From Pseudomonadota bacterium (GTDB lineage Bacteria > Myxococcota > JACRCW01 > JAFGSX01): a stretch of DNA of 64,000 nucleotides. Shown here one piece after another: positions 8,864 through 17,472 of this stretch (within the stretch, counting starts at the first letter, position 1; each line of letters begins with the position of its first letter). Location: contig JBDRCO010000003.1 in NCBI GenBank assembly GCA_043821645.1, positions 1 through 64,000 of the forward strand, read 5' to 3'. The position numbers and the translations under genes were made by a program. The notes below the pieces were generated by a model. That model saw only the letters and a list, made by a program, of their open reading frames with translations. It made no database searches and was not told the DNA's origin.

Positions 8864-10001
8864 CTACGGCGCGTTCGGGGCGCGCATGCGCGCGTTACTC
8901 AACACGAAACGCATCCCACTCGGTGGCACCTTCGAGGTCACCGGGCGCTGCCCGCTGCGCTGCGGCCACTGCTACAACCGCGAGCCCCTGACCGCGCGCG
9001 AGCGCGACGAGCCCAGCCTGTCCCTGGCCCAGCAGTGCCGCATCGTCGACGAGCTGGTCGACGCGGGTTGCCTGTGGCTGCTGTTCACGGGTGGCGAGAT
9101 CTTCTCCCGGCCCGACTTCATGGACTTCTACCTGCATGCGCGTCGTCGTGGACTGCTCATCACTCTGTTTACCAGCGGGGTGCTGATCACCGATGAGATC
9201 GCTGACACGCTCGTTCGGCATCGACCCCTGCGTATCGAGATCACGCTGAGCGGTTCGAACCCCGAGGTTCACGAGAAAGTCACGGGCGTGGCGGGATCCT
9301 TCGAGCGATGCCTGCGCGGCATCCACCTGCTCAAGGCGCGTGATCTCCCCCTGGTTCTGAAGACGACCGTGACCCGGGACAACGTCGAGGACCTGCCTGC
9401 GATACAGGTGCTGGCCGAGCAGACCCTGGGCCTGCCGCACCGCTTCGATGCCATGCTGAATGGACGCCTCGACGTCGCGGGCGCGCCGCTGGAGCTGCGC
9501 CTGCGCGAGGACGAGGTAGTGGCGCTCGACGTCGGAGACGAGCGCCGCCGGGGCGAGTGGGTGGACTTCGCAGCTCGCTACCTTGGTGCCGAACATGCGG
9601 GGACTTCGAGTGGGACCTTGTACGGCTGCGGCGCCGGCGTGCACAGCTTCGCCATCGACCCCTGGGGAGGGCTCAAGCTCTGCACCCTGTCCCGGCAGGC
9701 CTGCTACGACCTGCACCAGGGCTCCTTTGCCGATGGCTGGAAGGCCCTGGTGAACCTGCGCCAGCAGCCCGCTGTCGAGGGTGCGATGTGCACGGCTTGT
9801 TCGCTACGCTCCATGTGCGAGAGCTGCCCGGCGGTGGCCGAGCTCGAGCACGGCGAGGCCCGCGTTCGTTCCGAGTTTCACTGCAGCGTCGCGCACGGGC
9901 GGGCGCGAGGGCTCGACCTGGCGGTCGAGGGTCACGGTCCCTGTTCTCATTGCCCACCCGACGATGGTGGCGTTCGAAAGTCCAGGAGTGCGGTCGCATG
10001 A
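8850..10001 (+). CDS. Radical SAM/SPASM peptide maturase
   Basis: CPLRCGHCY, FTGGE, and SPASM motifs CGAG..IDPWG..LC, CTACSLRSMCESCP..FHC; ATG 8850 overlaps the pqqD stop. Confidence 0.93.
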   Translation: MDLLDYGAFGARMRALLNTKRIPLGGTFEVTGRCPLRCGHCYNREPLTARERDEPSLSLAQQCRIVDELVDAGCLWLLFTGGEIFSRPDFMDFYLHARRRGLLITLFTSGVLITDEIADTLVRHRPLRIEITLSGSNPEVHEKVTGVAGSFERCLRGIHLLKARDLPLVLKTTVTRDNVEDLPAIQVLAEQTLGLPHRFDAMLNGRLDVAGAPLELRLREDEVVALDVGDERRRGEWVDFAARYLGAEHAGTSSGTLYGCGAGVHSFAIDPWGGLKLCTLSRQACYDLHQGSFADGWKALVNLRQQPAVEGAMCTACSLRSMCESCPAVAELEHGEARVRSEFHCSVAHGRARGLDLAVEGHGPCSHCPPDDGGVRKSRSAVA

Positions 10002-10183
10002 CGAGCAAGCACGACGGCTCGAAACAGCCGGAGCCGCGTCTCCCTTACGAGGCGCCACGCCTGAGCAAGGTGAAGCTGAGGCCCGAAGAGGCCGTGCTCG
10101 GCGGGTGCAAGACCGCGTCGGCGGCCGGGCCAGCTCAGCCCACCTGCGCGTTCCCTGATGCCTGCATCACGTCGGGATCCTGA
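9998..10183 (+). CDS. Putative RiPP precursor peptide (61 aa)
   Basis: MTSKHDGSKQPEPRLPYEAPRLSKVKLRPEEAVLGGCKTASAAGPAQPTCAFPDACITSGS; AGGAG SD at 9984-9988; ATGA overlap with the rSAM stop and TGATG overlap with the next gene; YxxPxL leader motif. Confidence 0.85.
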   Translation: MTSKHDGSKQPEPRLPYEAPRLSKVKLRPEEAVLGGCKTASAAGPAQPTCAFPDACITSGS

Positions 10184-11115
10184 TGCAGAGGGGGCAGCAA
10201 CTCATGGCATTCCGAGGGGACCTAGCCTGCTCGGGACTGAACATCGGCGGACTTCAGGTCGCGATTCACCACGATCCCTCCTGCGGCATCGATTTTGGCG
10301 GTGCTGCCCGCGCCTTCGCGCCCTCGGACGCGCCACCGGACCTCGATGTTGACCTGCAGCTGACCGATGTTGTGGATGAACCGCAGGGCGTCGTGCGCTT
10401 TGACTCGGGCGCGACCTGGAGGCTGCTCGAGGACGACGGTGAGCGGGTCATCCGGCTTGGCCTGCCCGGGGATGCAGGGCTCCCGCACGCGGTTCTGAGG
10501 CTGGATCAAGGTCGCCGCACGGGCACCCTGCAGGTGGCTCGCTCCAGGATCGGCCTCAACGGCGCACTCCGGGTCCTCGAGTACCCGCTGGATGAGCTGC
10601 TGTGGGTCCTACTGCTGGCTCGCCACCAGGGTCTGCTGCTGCACGCGCTCGGCGGCGTGGATGCCCGGGGGCAAGGCTTTGTCTGCGCGGGTGTGTCCGG
10701 CGCTGGAAAGTCCACCCTGGCCCGTCTGTGGAATCCCCAGCACCCTGCGACCGTGCTCAGCGATGACCGGGTGATCGTGCGGCTCGTCGACGGAAGACCG
10801 TGGATTCACGGCACGCCCTGGCACGGCGAGGATGAACTGGCCAGTGCGCAGTCGGCACCTCTGGCGCGCGTGTATTTCATCGAGCAGGCGGACCGCGATG
10901 AGCTGGTCGAGCTGTCCGCGGCCCAGGCCATGGCGCGCTTGCTGGCCCTGAGCTTCTTGCCCTTCTTCAGCGCCGAGGATCTGGGGGCCTGTGCGGACCT
11001 GGCGGCCGTGGTGGCCCGCCAGCGGAGGTGCCAGGTGCTTCGCTTCACGCCCTCGGCGAGCGCGTGGCAGCTGGTCGACGACGATCTGGGGCGGGTATCG
11101 GGTAGCCAGGCATGA
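10183..11115 (+). CDS. HPr-kinase-like P-loop kinase (lasso-kinase/ScmC-like)
   Basis: LLLHA, GVSGAGKST, LSDDRVIVR, HGTPWHG: a His-Lys-Asp-Asp arrangement. Confidence 0.8.
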   Translation: MQRGQQLMAFRGDLACSGLNIGGLQVAIHHDPSCGIDFGGAARAFAPSDAPPDLDVDLQLTDVVDEPQGVVRFDSGATWRLLEDDGERVIRLGLPGDAGLPHAVLRLDQGRRTGTLQVARSRIGLNGALRVLEYPLDELLWVLLLARHQGLLLHALGGVDARGQGFVCAGVSGAGKSTLARLWNPQHPATVLSDDRVIVRLVDGRPWIHGTPWHGEDELASAQSAPLARVYFIEQADRDELVELSAAQAMARLLALSFLPFFSAEDLGACADLAAVVARQRRCQVLRFTPSASAWQLVDDDLGRVSGSQA

Positions 11116-11666
11116 CGCTGCGCCGTGATACGCCCCTGTTCGTGGCCGTGGTGCAGCAGGTTCTGGCGCGCGGGGACAGGGTGCGCTTCGTGGCCGAGGG
11201 CCGCAGCATGCGCCCGGCCATCCTCGGCGGCGACCTGGTCGAGGTGGGCCCTTGTCCCGACGCGGTCCCCCGCATCGGCTCCATCGTCCTGGCCAGGGTA
11301 GCGACCCGCGTGTTCCTGCACCGCGTCGTCGACGTCGTCCACACCGGCGCAGGTGCCGGCGTGGTGCTGCGTGGTGATGCCAGCAGCGCCCAGGACCCTC
11401 AGCTCGACCACTCGCAGGTCCTGGCCGTGTTGAGCCGCATCGTTCGCCGGAACCTCCCGGATTCGCTCCGCCAGGTGGCACGCCAGGGGCTGCAGCGGAC
11501 TCCGCGCTGGCTGACCGGGCCTCTGCGCGCGGGTCTGGGGGGCGTTCGCGCCGCTCTGGCCAGCCGCGCCTCCCGGCCCAAAATGTATGGCTGGCGGCTA
11601 CATAAAGATGATCCAGCCCGCCAGGAATCCCATTCTGGCGAGCGTCAGCGACCGGGGGCCATGTAA
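11112..11666 (+). CDS. S24/S26 signal-peptidase-like protein
   Basis: GRSMRPAILGGD (Ser), FLHRV (His), LRGD; no clear transmembrane anchor. Confidence 0.8.
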   Translation: MTLRRDTPLFVAVVQQVLARGDRVRFVAEGRSMRPAILGGDLVEVGPCPDAVPRIGSIVLARVATRVFLHRVVDVVHTGAGAGVVLRGDASSAQDPQLDHSQVLAVLSRIVRRNLPDSLRQVARQGLQRTPRWLTGPLRAGLGGVRAALASRASRPKMYGWRLHKDDPARQESHSGERQRPGAM

Positions 11667-14600
11667 TGAGTGTGCTTGCGAGTGTGGTTTCAGCCCTGAC
11701 CCTGGTTGCTCCGACAACGCCTCCGCCCACCATGGAGCTGCCTGCACAAGCTCTGGAGCAGATACACCAGCTTGAACTCGAGAAGGCCTCGCGAACCCAG
11801 GCTCAGCGCAAGATGTCCTCGCACCTGGTGCACGAGGCCAAGCGGCAGCGGGGACAGTCCTTGGGCCTCGGACTCGAAACCCTGCGAGGCGGTGTCACGC
11901 TGGATACTCGTGGCCAGGTGACCGTCGACCTCGACGCCGAAATCACTCCCGAGCTACTGGCCGCCGTGCAACGTGAGGGTGGGCAGGTTCTAGGCTCATA
12001 CCCGCAGTTTCGGTCCGCTCGCGTGAAATTGCCCTTGCAGTCGGTCGAGCTCATTGCGGACTTGGTCGAGGTCGTTGGCGTGCACGAGGCGCTTCCACCC
12101 ATGCTCAACAAGGACAACACCTCAGAGGGCGACGCTGCCCATCGCGCAGACCTGGCGCGCGCAGGCTGGTCCGTCAACGGCAGCGGTGTCGCGGTGGGGG
12201 TACTGTCAGATTCGGTCGACTATCTCTCCACAGTCCAAACCAGCGGAGACCTGCCGGCCACGGTGACGGTGCTCAGCGGCCAGAGCGGTGTCCCCGGTAG
12301 TGGCGAGGGCACGGCGATGCTCGAGATCGTCTACGACCTCGCGCCTGGTGCGTCACTCTACTTCGCCACCGCATTCAACGGCGATGCCTCATTTGCCCAG
12401 AACATCCTGGATCTGCGCGCGGCCGGCTGCGACATTATCATCGACGACGTCAGTTACTTCGCCGAACCGGTGTTTCAGGACGGGATCATCGCCCAGGCCG
12501 TGGACCAGGTGGTGGCAGACGGTGCGCTGTACTTCTCGTCCGCCGGCAACTCCGGCAACCTGAATGACGGCGAGTCGGGTGTGTGGGAGGGCGATTTTGT
12601 GCCGTTTGTGCTCGGTGACGGCACGATCACCCACGACTTTGGGGGCGGCAGCAACGGCGATGTTCTCACAGTTCTTCCTTCTTCCGTCGTCACCCTGCAG
12701 TGGTCAGACCCCTGGGGCGCCTCAGCCAACGACTACGACATTTACCTCATCAATCGTAACACCGGCGCCGTTCGCTCCTCGTCGACCGGTACGCAGGATG
12801 GCAATGACAACCCATACGAGCAGCTCGCACGAACCAGTCAATGGCGAGCCGGAGACTACCTGGTCATCGTCAAGTACTCGGGAGCGGATCGCTTTCTGCA
12901 TCTGAGCACGCACCGAGGTCGACTTGGCGTGGGCACATCAGGGCAGACCAGCGGCCACAGCTCAGCAGCCGGTGCCTTCAGCGTGGCGGCCGTCGACGCT
13001 GCCGAGGCGGATCCTTCGACGGGTGCCTTCTTCGATGCCAGCCCAGCGCCTCCGGTGGAGTACTTCAGCTCAGATGGCCTGCGCCGCATCTTCTTTGACG
13101 CTGCGGGAAATGCGCTCACGCCTGGCAATTTTTCGTCGACAGGCGGCGTGGTCAGACAGAAACCTGACCTCGCTGCAGCCGACGGAGTGGCCTGCGCGAC
13201 CACAGGCTTCGACCCCTTCTACGGCACCTCCGCCGCCGCGCCTCACGCAGGCGCCGTCGCGGCACTGCTTTGGTCCCTGTTTCCCACCGCCAGCAACGAG
13301 GAGATCAGGGCGCGCTTGCTGGCCTCGGCCATCGACATCGAGGCGCCCGGCATCGATCGCGACTCCGGTGTCGGCATCGTCGACGCCTACAGTGCCCTGC
13401 TCACCGAAGTCGAACTCATCTCCTTCGACGCCCGGCAGGTCGGACCGCGCGTGGCCCTGACCTGGCGCACCGGGCGCGAGGTGGACAACCTGGGATTTCA
13501 CGTCTACCGCGAGGACGCCACCGGCCTGGTTCAGCTCACACCCTGGCTGGTCGCGGGCTCTGCCCTGTGGAGCAGCGCTGGCCCAGCCTTCGCGACCGGT
13601 CGCGGCTATCGCTGGTGGGATGAACCCGACAGCACGAACGCACACGTGCGCTACTGGCTCGAGGACATCGCCCTGGATGGCCAGCGCACCTGGCACGGCC
13701 CGGTGGCACTGTCCGCAGGTGACAACGACGAGGAGCTGGGCGAGGACTCGGCCACGCTTGGCGAGGTCGATCAGCGTTCCCGCCAGGCGCAGGCGCGGCA
13801 GGCGCGCGCGACCTCGGTTCGTGGGGCCTTGCGTGACAGTGGTCGAAGCCACAGGGGCAGTTCCGGGAAGGGCCGGACGCAGGTTCACGCCCGGGGTCCG
13901 AATCACCAGGGCGACGACGATCTGCTCCTCTCACCATGGCCCGGCGCGAGCCAGCCCTCGGTCCGCATCGTGACCGAATCGGCCGGCTGGTACGAGGTCA
14001 GCGGCGCCCAGCTCCTGGCCGCGGGGCTGGACCCCACCGTCGATCCGCGGCGGCTGCAGCTCTTCACCGAGGGCCAGCAGCAGGCCATCGAGATCCGCAA
14101 CCTCGTCGGCGGACACCTGCAGCCCTCGTCCCGCATTGGATTTTACGCACGTGCCCTCGACACCCCGTGGGCGGGTCAGCGCACGTCGTTTCTCGTCGAG
14201 GGATCGGATCCTGGCCTCCGCGTCCGTGATCCGCGCGGCTCCGGCAACGGTGGCCGCCAGGCGAGCAGCGTGCCCTTCACGGTGAAGCAGAGCGACAAGC
14301 AGATCTACTTCTCGGCCTTGCTCAACGGCGACGCCGACAACTTCTTCGGTGCGCCGGTGACAGCAAGTGGTGTTGACCAGGTGATCGCCCTGCCAGCGGT
14401 GGACCCGGCCTTCACCGGCACCGCGCACCTGCAGGTGGTCGTGCAGGGTGTCACCGAGCAGGCGCACCGCATCCCGCTGCTGCTCAATGAACAGGCCCTG
14501 GGTGAGATCGTATTCGCAGGACGTGCGCTGGCCACCTACGAGGTCGAGCTACCCCAGAGCTGGCTGCTCGACGGCGACAACCTGCTGCACCTGAGTTCCA

Positions 14601-15970
14601 GCGCCGGGGACTCGGACATCAGCCTGGTGGCGAGCATCCGCGTCGACTACCAGCGCCTGTTGCGCGCCGATTCCAGTGAACTCACCTTCTTCGTCGACGG
14701 GGCGCGTCAGGCGCGGCTCGCAGGCTTCGGAGCCGCAAGCGTCCGCGTGCTCGATCTCGACGACGACGGCGCGATCCAGGAGCTCACGGTCACAACCGTG
14801 GGCGGTTCCAGCGGGGAGCTGCTGGCTCGAGTACCGGACAACCAACAGCACCAGATCTACGCCTTCGCGGCATCCGCTGTGCGCGCGCCTGTCTCCGTGC
14901 TGCCAGGCCAACCCTCGTCGTGGAACGCCCTGGATCCGGGCGCGGACATGGTGGTGATCGCCCACGCCAGCCTGCTCGACGCCATGCAGCCCCTGGTCGA
15001 CCTGCGCGAGTGGCAGGGCCTGTCCGTGGCCCTCATCGACGTGCAGGACCTGTACGACGAGTTCAATTTCGGTCACAAGAGCCCGCAGGCCATCCGCGAC
15101 TTTTTGGCACACGCCACGCGGACCTGGCAGATTCCTCCACGCTTCGCCCTGATGGTGGGCGATGCCAGCTTCGATCCCCGCGACCACCTGGGCTTCGGCG
15201 ATCGCGACCTGCTGCCTACCAAGCTCGTCGACACCCGGCAGCTCGAGACCGCAAGCGATACCTGGTTCGTCGACCTCGACGGCAGCGGCATCCCCGCCCT
15301 GGCCATTGGCCGGCTCCCCGCTCGCAATGCCACCGAGGCCACGCTGCTGGTCGACAAGCTCCTGCAGCACGCGTCCACTGCGGGAGCCGACTGGGCGCGG
15401 CAAGCGCTGCTGGTTGCCGACGTCGACCCGCGGCACGACTTTGCAGCAGGCGCTGCCCGCGTTGCCACCGAGCTCAATGCAGGCTTCGACGTGCAGCAGC
15501 TGGTGCTCGATCCGGCAGATCCGGTGCCCGTGCGCGGCCAGTTGCTGAGCGCCCTCAACCAGGGCGCAGGCCTGGTCGACTACCTCGGCCATGGTTCGGT
15601 CGAGATCTGGTCCCGCACCTCGCTGTTCACCAGCCAGGACGCGCGGGCCCTGAGCAACGGCGAGCGACAGCCCGTGCTGCTCACCATGACCTGCTTCAAT
15701 GGCTTCTTCCACGACCTGTACACCGAGAGCCTGGGCGAGGCGCTGCTGCGGGCCCCAGACGGTGGTGCCGTGGCCGTCTGGGCCTCGTCCGGACTGACCG
15801 AGCCGGTGGCGCAGCAGGTCGTGAATCGCGAGCTGGCCGCGCTGCTGGCGACCCAGCCTGAGATGACCCTGGGTGAGGCCGTGATGCTGTCGACGTCACT
15901 GGTGGGTGATCCCGACGTGAGGCACACCTTCAACCTGCTTGGCGATCCCAGCATGCGCGTCGTCGAGTGA
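11666..15970 (+). CDS. Secreted S8 subtilase + C25 (gingipain-like) fusion protein, 1434 aa
   Basis: Signal-like N-terminus and propeptide; VLSDS, EGTAM, SAGN, FYGTSAAAPH (subtilase); VELISFDA..LTWRTGREVDNLGF Ig-like linker; C25 motifs LYDEFNFG, MVGDASFD, AIGRLP, YLGHGS, MTCFNG, NLLGDP. Confidence 0.88.
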   Translation: MSVLASVVSALTLVAPTTPPPTMELPAQALEQIHQLELEKASRTQAQRKMSSHLVHEAKRQRGQSLGLGLETLRGGVTLDTRGQVTVDLDAEITPELLAAVQREGGQVLGSYPQFRSARVKLPLQSVELIADLVEVVGVHEALPPMLNKDNTSEGDAAHRADLARAGWSVNGSGVAVGVLSDSVDYLSTVQTSGDLPATVTVLSGQSGVPGSGEGTAMLEIVYDLAPGASLYFATAFNGDASFAQNILDLRAAGCDIIIDDVSYFAEPVFQDGIIAQAVDQVVADGALYFSSAGNSGNLNDGESGVWEGDFVPFVLGDGTITHDFGGGSNGDVLTVLPSSVVTLQWSDPWGASANDYDIYLINRNTGAVRSSSTGTQDGNDNPYEQLARTSQWRAGDYLVIVKYSGADRFLHLSTHRGRLGVGTSGQTSGHSSAAGAFSVAAVDAAEADPSTGAFFDASPAPPVEYFSSDGLRRIFFDAAGNALTPGNFSSTGGVVRQKPDLAAADGVACATTGFDPFYGTSAAAPHAGAVAALLWSLFPTASNEEIRARLLASAIDIEAPGIDRDSGVGIVDAYSALLTEVELISFDARQVGPRVALTWRTGREVDNLGFHVYREDATGLVQLTPWLVAGSALWSSAGPAFATGRGYRWWDEPDSTNAHVRYWLEDIALDGQRTWHGPVALSAGDNDEELGEDSATLGEVDQRSRQAQARQARATSVRGALRDSGRSHRGSSGKGRTQVHARGPNHQGDDDLLLSPWPGASQPSVRIVTESAGWYEVSGAQLLAAGLDPTVDPRRLQLFTEGQQQAIEIRNLVGGHLQPSSRIGFYARALDTPWAGQRTSFLVEGSDPGLRVRDPRGSGNGGRQASSVPFTVKQSDKQIYFSALLNGDADNFFGAPVTASGVDQVIALPAVDPAFTGTAHLQVVVQGVTEQAHRIPLLLNEQALGEIVFAGRALATYEVELPQSWLLDGDNLLHLSSSAGDSDISLVASIRVDYQRLLRADSSELTFFVDGARQARLAGFGAASVRVLDLDDDGAIQELTVTTVGGSSGELLARVPDNQQHQIYAFAASAVRAPVSVLPGQPSSWNALDPGADMVVIAHASLLDAMQPLVDLREWQGLSVALIDVQDLYDEFNFGHKSPQAIRDFLAHATRTWQIPPRFALMVGDASFDPRDHLGFGDRDLLPTKLVDTRQLETASDTWFVDLDGSGIPALAIGRLPARNATEATLLVDKLLQHASTAGADWARQALLVADVDPRHDFAAGAARVATELNAGFDVQQLVLDPADPVPVRGQLLSALNQGAGLVDYLGHGSVEIWSRTSLFTSQDARALSNGERQPVLLTMTCFNGFFHDLYTESLGEALLRAPDGGAVAVWASSGLTEPVAQQVVNRELAALLATQPEMTLGEAVMLSTSLVGDPDVRHTFNLLGDPSMRVVE

Positions 15971-16009
15971 GCGGCGGGCGAGGCTTGTAGGTCGTCCCGA
16001 AGACAGTCC

Positions 16010-17203
16010 TCAGAACGCGATGTGCACGTGGTCGCGGTGGCCGCCGATGGCGCCGATGTCTCGGCCGTACTTCACGCCACCGAGCGGGTCGTAGAACATC
16101 TCGGTCGGGTTCATCGAGCGCATCTCGCGATAGAACGCTGCCATCTGACTGGGCGAGCCTGCCACGTCCACCGCGCGGCCACTGTAGTGGTAGGAACCTG
16201 GCGCGTGGGTGCCGCCCGTGGTCGAGGTGATGCGCAGACCCATCTGCACGGCCCGGCGCTTGGCGTAATCGAGCTTGGCCGCGTTGCTGGCGCCCGCGCC
16301 CGGCACTCCCGTGGGACCGGTGGTGCCGCCCACCGAACCACTGACATGGATGCCCAGCTTGTTCCAGGTCTGTGGTCCCACCACACCGTCGGCGGAGATG
16401 CCGCGCGAGCGCTGGAAGGCCACCACCGCGGCGCGCGTGTTGGGGCCGAAGTCGCCATCGACGCCGCCCGGGTTGAATCCCAGGTCCTTGAGCCGCTGCT
16501 GCAGCTTGCGCACGGGCTCGCCGCGCGCGCCCTGGCGCATCACCGGGCCCGAGCCGCCGGTGCTGGTGCTGCCCGAGGTGCCGCTGCTGCCGCTTGTGCC
16601 GTTGAGCTTGCCCCAGGTCTGCGGGCCGACCACGCCGTCTGCGCTGATGCCGCGCGAGCGCTGGAAGGCGAGCACCGCAGCGCGGGTGCGAGGACCGAAG
16701 TCACCGTCGACGGCGCCGGGGTTGAAGCCGGCGTTCTTGAGCTTCTGCTGCAGGGTCTTGACCGCGGCACCCTTGGCACCCTGGCGCAGCGTCGGCTGCG
16801 ATGCAGTGGACGCCTGGGTCGAGGCCACGGCGGGGGCAGCAGACTCGATCCGCGAGCGGATGGTGTCCGAGCTCAGACCACCGTTGCTTCCCACGGGCAC
16901 GCGCTCGCCGCTGCTCACCGCCGGTCTCGCGTCGTCACGCAAGGTCGGGTTCTGGCCACCCTCGACCAGCTCCAGGCGCGGCTGCGCGGCGCTGCGTGCA
17001 GGCACCTCGAGGACCTGTCCGGCGACGATGCGATTGGGATCGCGAAGCTGCGGGTTGGCCGCCATCATCTCGCCCACGCTCACGCCATGCTGCCGGGCGA
17101 TCGCGCTCAGGGTCTCGCCTCGCTGCACCCTGTGCTCCTGGCCTGTGCTGGCGCGGACGGGGCTGGTGCTGGTTCGAACGGCGGTGGCATGGAGTGGTGG
17201 CAT
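16010..17203 (-). CDS. LysM + two PG-binding domains + putative Zn-peptidase (M15-like) C-terminus
   Basis: HRVQRGETLSAIA..DPNRIVAGQVL (LysM); two copies of LQQxL..GFNPGxVDGDFGPxTRAAVxAFQRSRGISADGVVGPQTW; SYHYSGRAVD..HRDHVHIAF; GGAGGG SD. Confidence 0.85.
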   Translation of the reverse strand: MPPLHATAVRTSTSPVRASTGQEHRVQRGETLSAIARQHGVSVGEMMAANPQLRDPNRIVAGQVLEVPARSAAQPRLELVEGGQNPTLRDDARPAVSSGERVPVGSNGGLSSDTIRSRIESAAPAVASTQASTASQPTLRQGAKGAAVKTLQQKLKNAGFNPGAVDGDFGPRTRAAVLAFQRSRGISADGVVGPQTWGKLNGTSGSSGTSGSTSTGGSGPVMRQGARGEPVRKLQQRLKDLGFNPGGVDGDFGPNTRAAVVAFQRSRGISADGVVGPQTWNKLGIHVSGSVGGTTGPTGVPGAGASNAAKLDYAKRRAVQMGLRITSTTGGTHAPGSYHYSGRAVDVAGSPSQMAAFYREMRSMNPTEMFYDPLGGVKYGRDIGAIGGHRDHVHIAF

Positions 17204-17426
17204 GAACAGCCCTCCGGGGTGCGGTGATGTCGTACCCGGGTATCGGGTCCCGTGCGCACAAGGTGCGACAAGCCCCATCGGTCGATAGGCTGATGCGAAA
17301 AATACAAATAATACAGATGTGTTAGCAGCCTTGCATCGAGCCTGTGCCGGCTGCAAGCGACATCAAGTGTGATCGATCGCACGCTGTGACGACCGCGATT
17401 CCGCGCGCCGCCCGTTTGCTCTTTGC

Positions 17427-17472
17427 AGGAACCGGGAACGGGGAACAGGGAACCGGGAACAGGGAACCAGAA
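17427..17472 (-). repeat. Heptamer tandem repeat (GTTCCCN)x6 directly after the apbE stop
   Basis: Plus strand: aggaacc gggaacg gggaaca gggaacc gggaaca gggaacc. Confidence 0.9.

Noticed and set aside
9557-9997. 208-aa ORF 9557-10183
   Set aside because: The upstream part overlaps the rSAM gene out of frame; only 9998-10183 has an SD and coupled start.
8549-10183. PQQ or lasso-peptide biosynthesis
   Set aside because: No pqqB/pqqC, and the precursor lacks the PqqA ExxxY motif; no asparagine-synthetase-like lasso cyclase or transglutaminase B2 is present.
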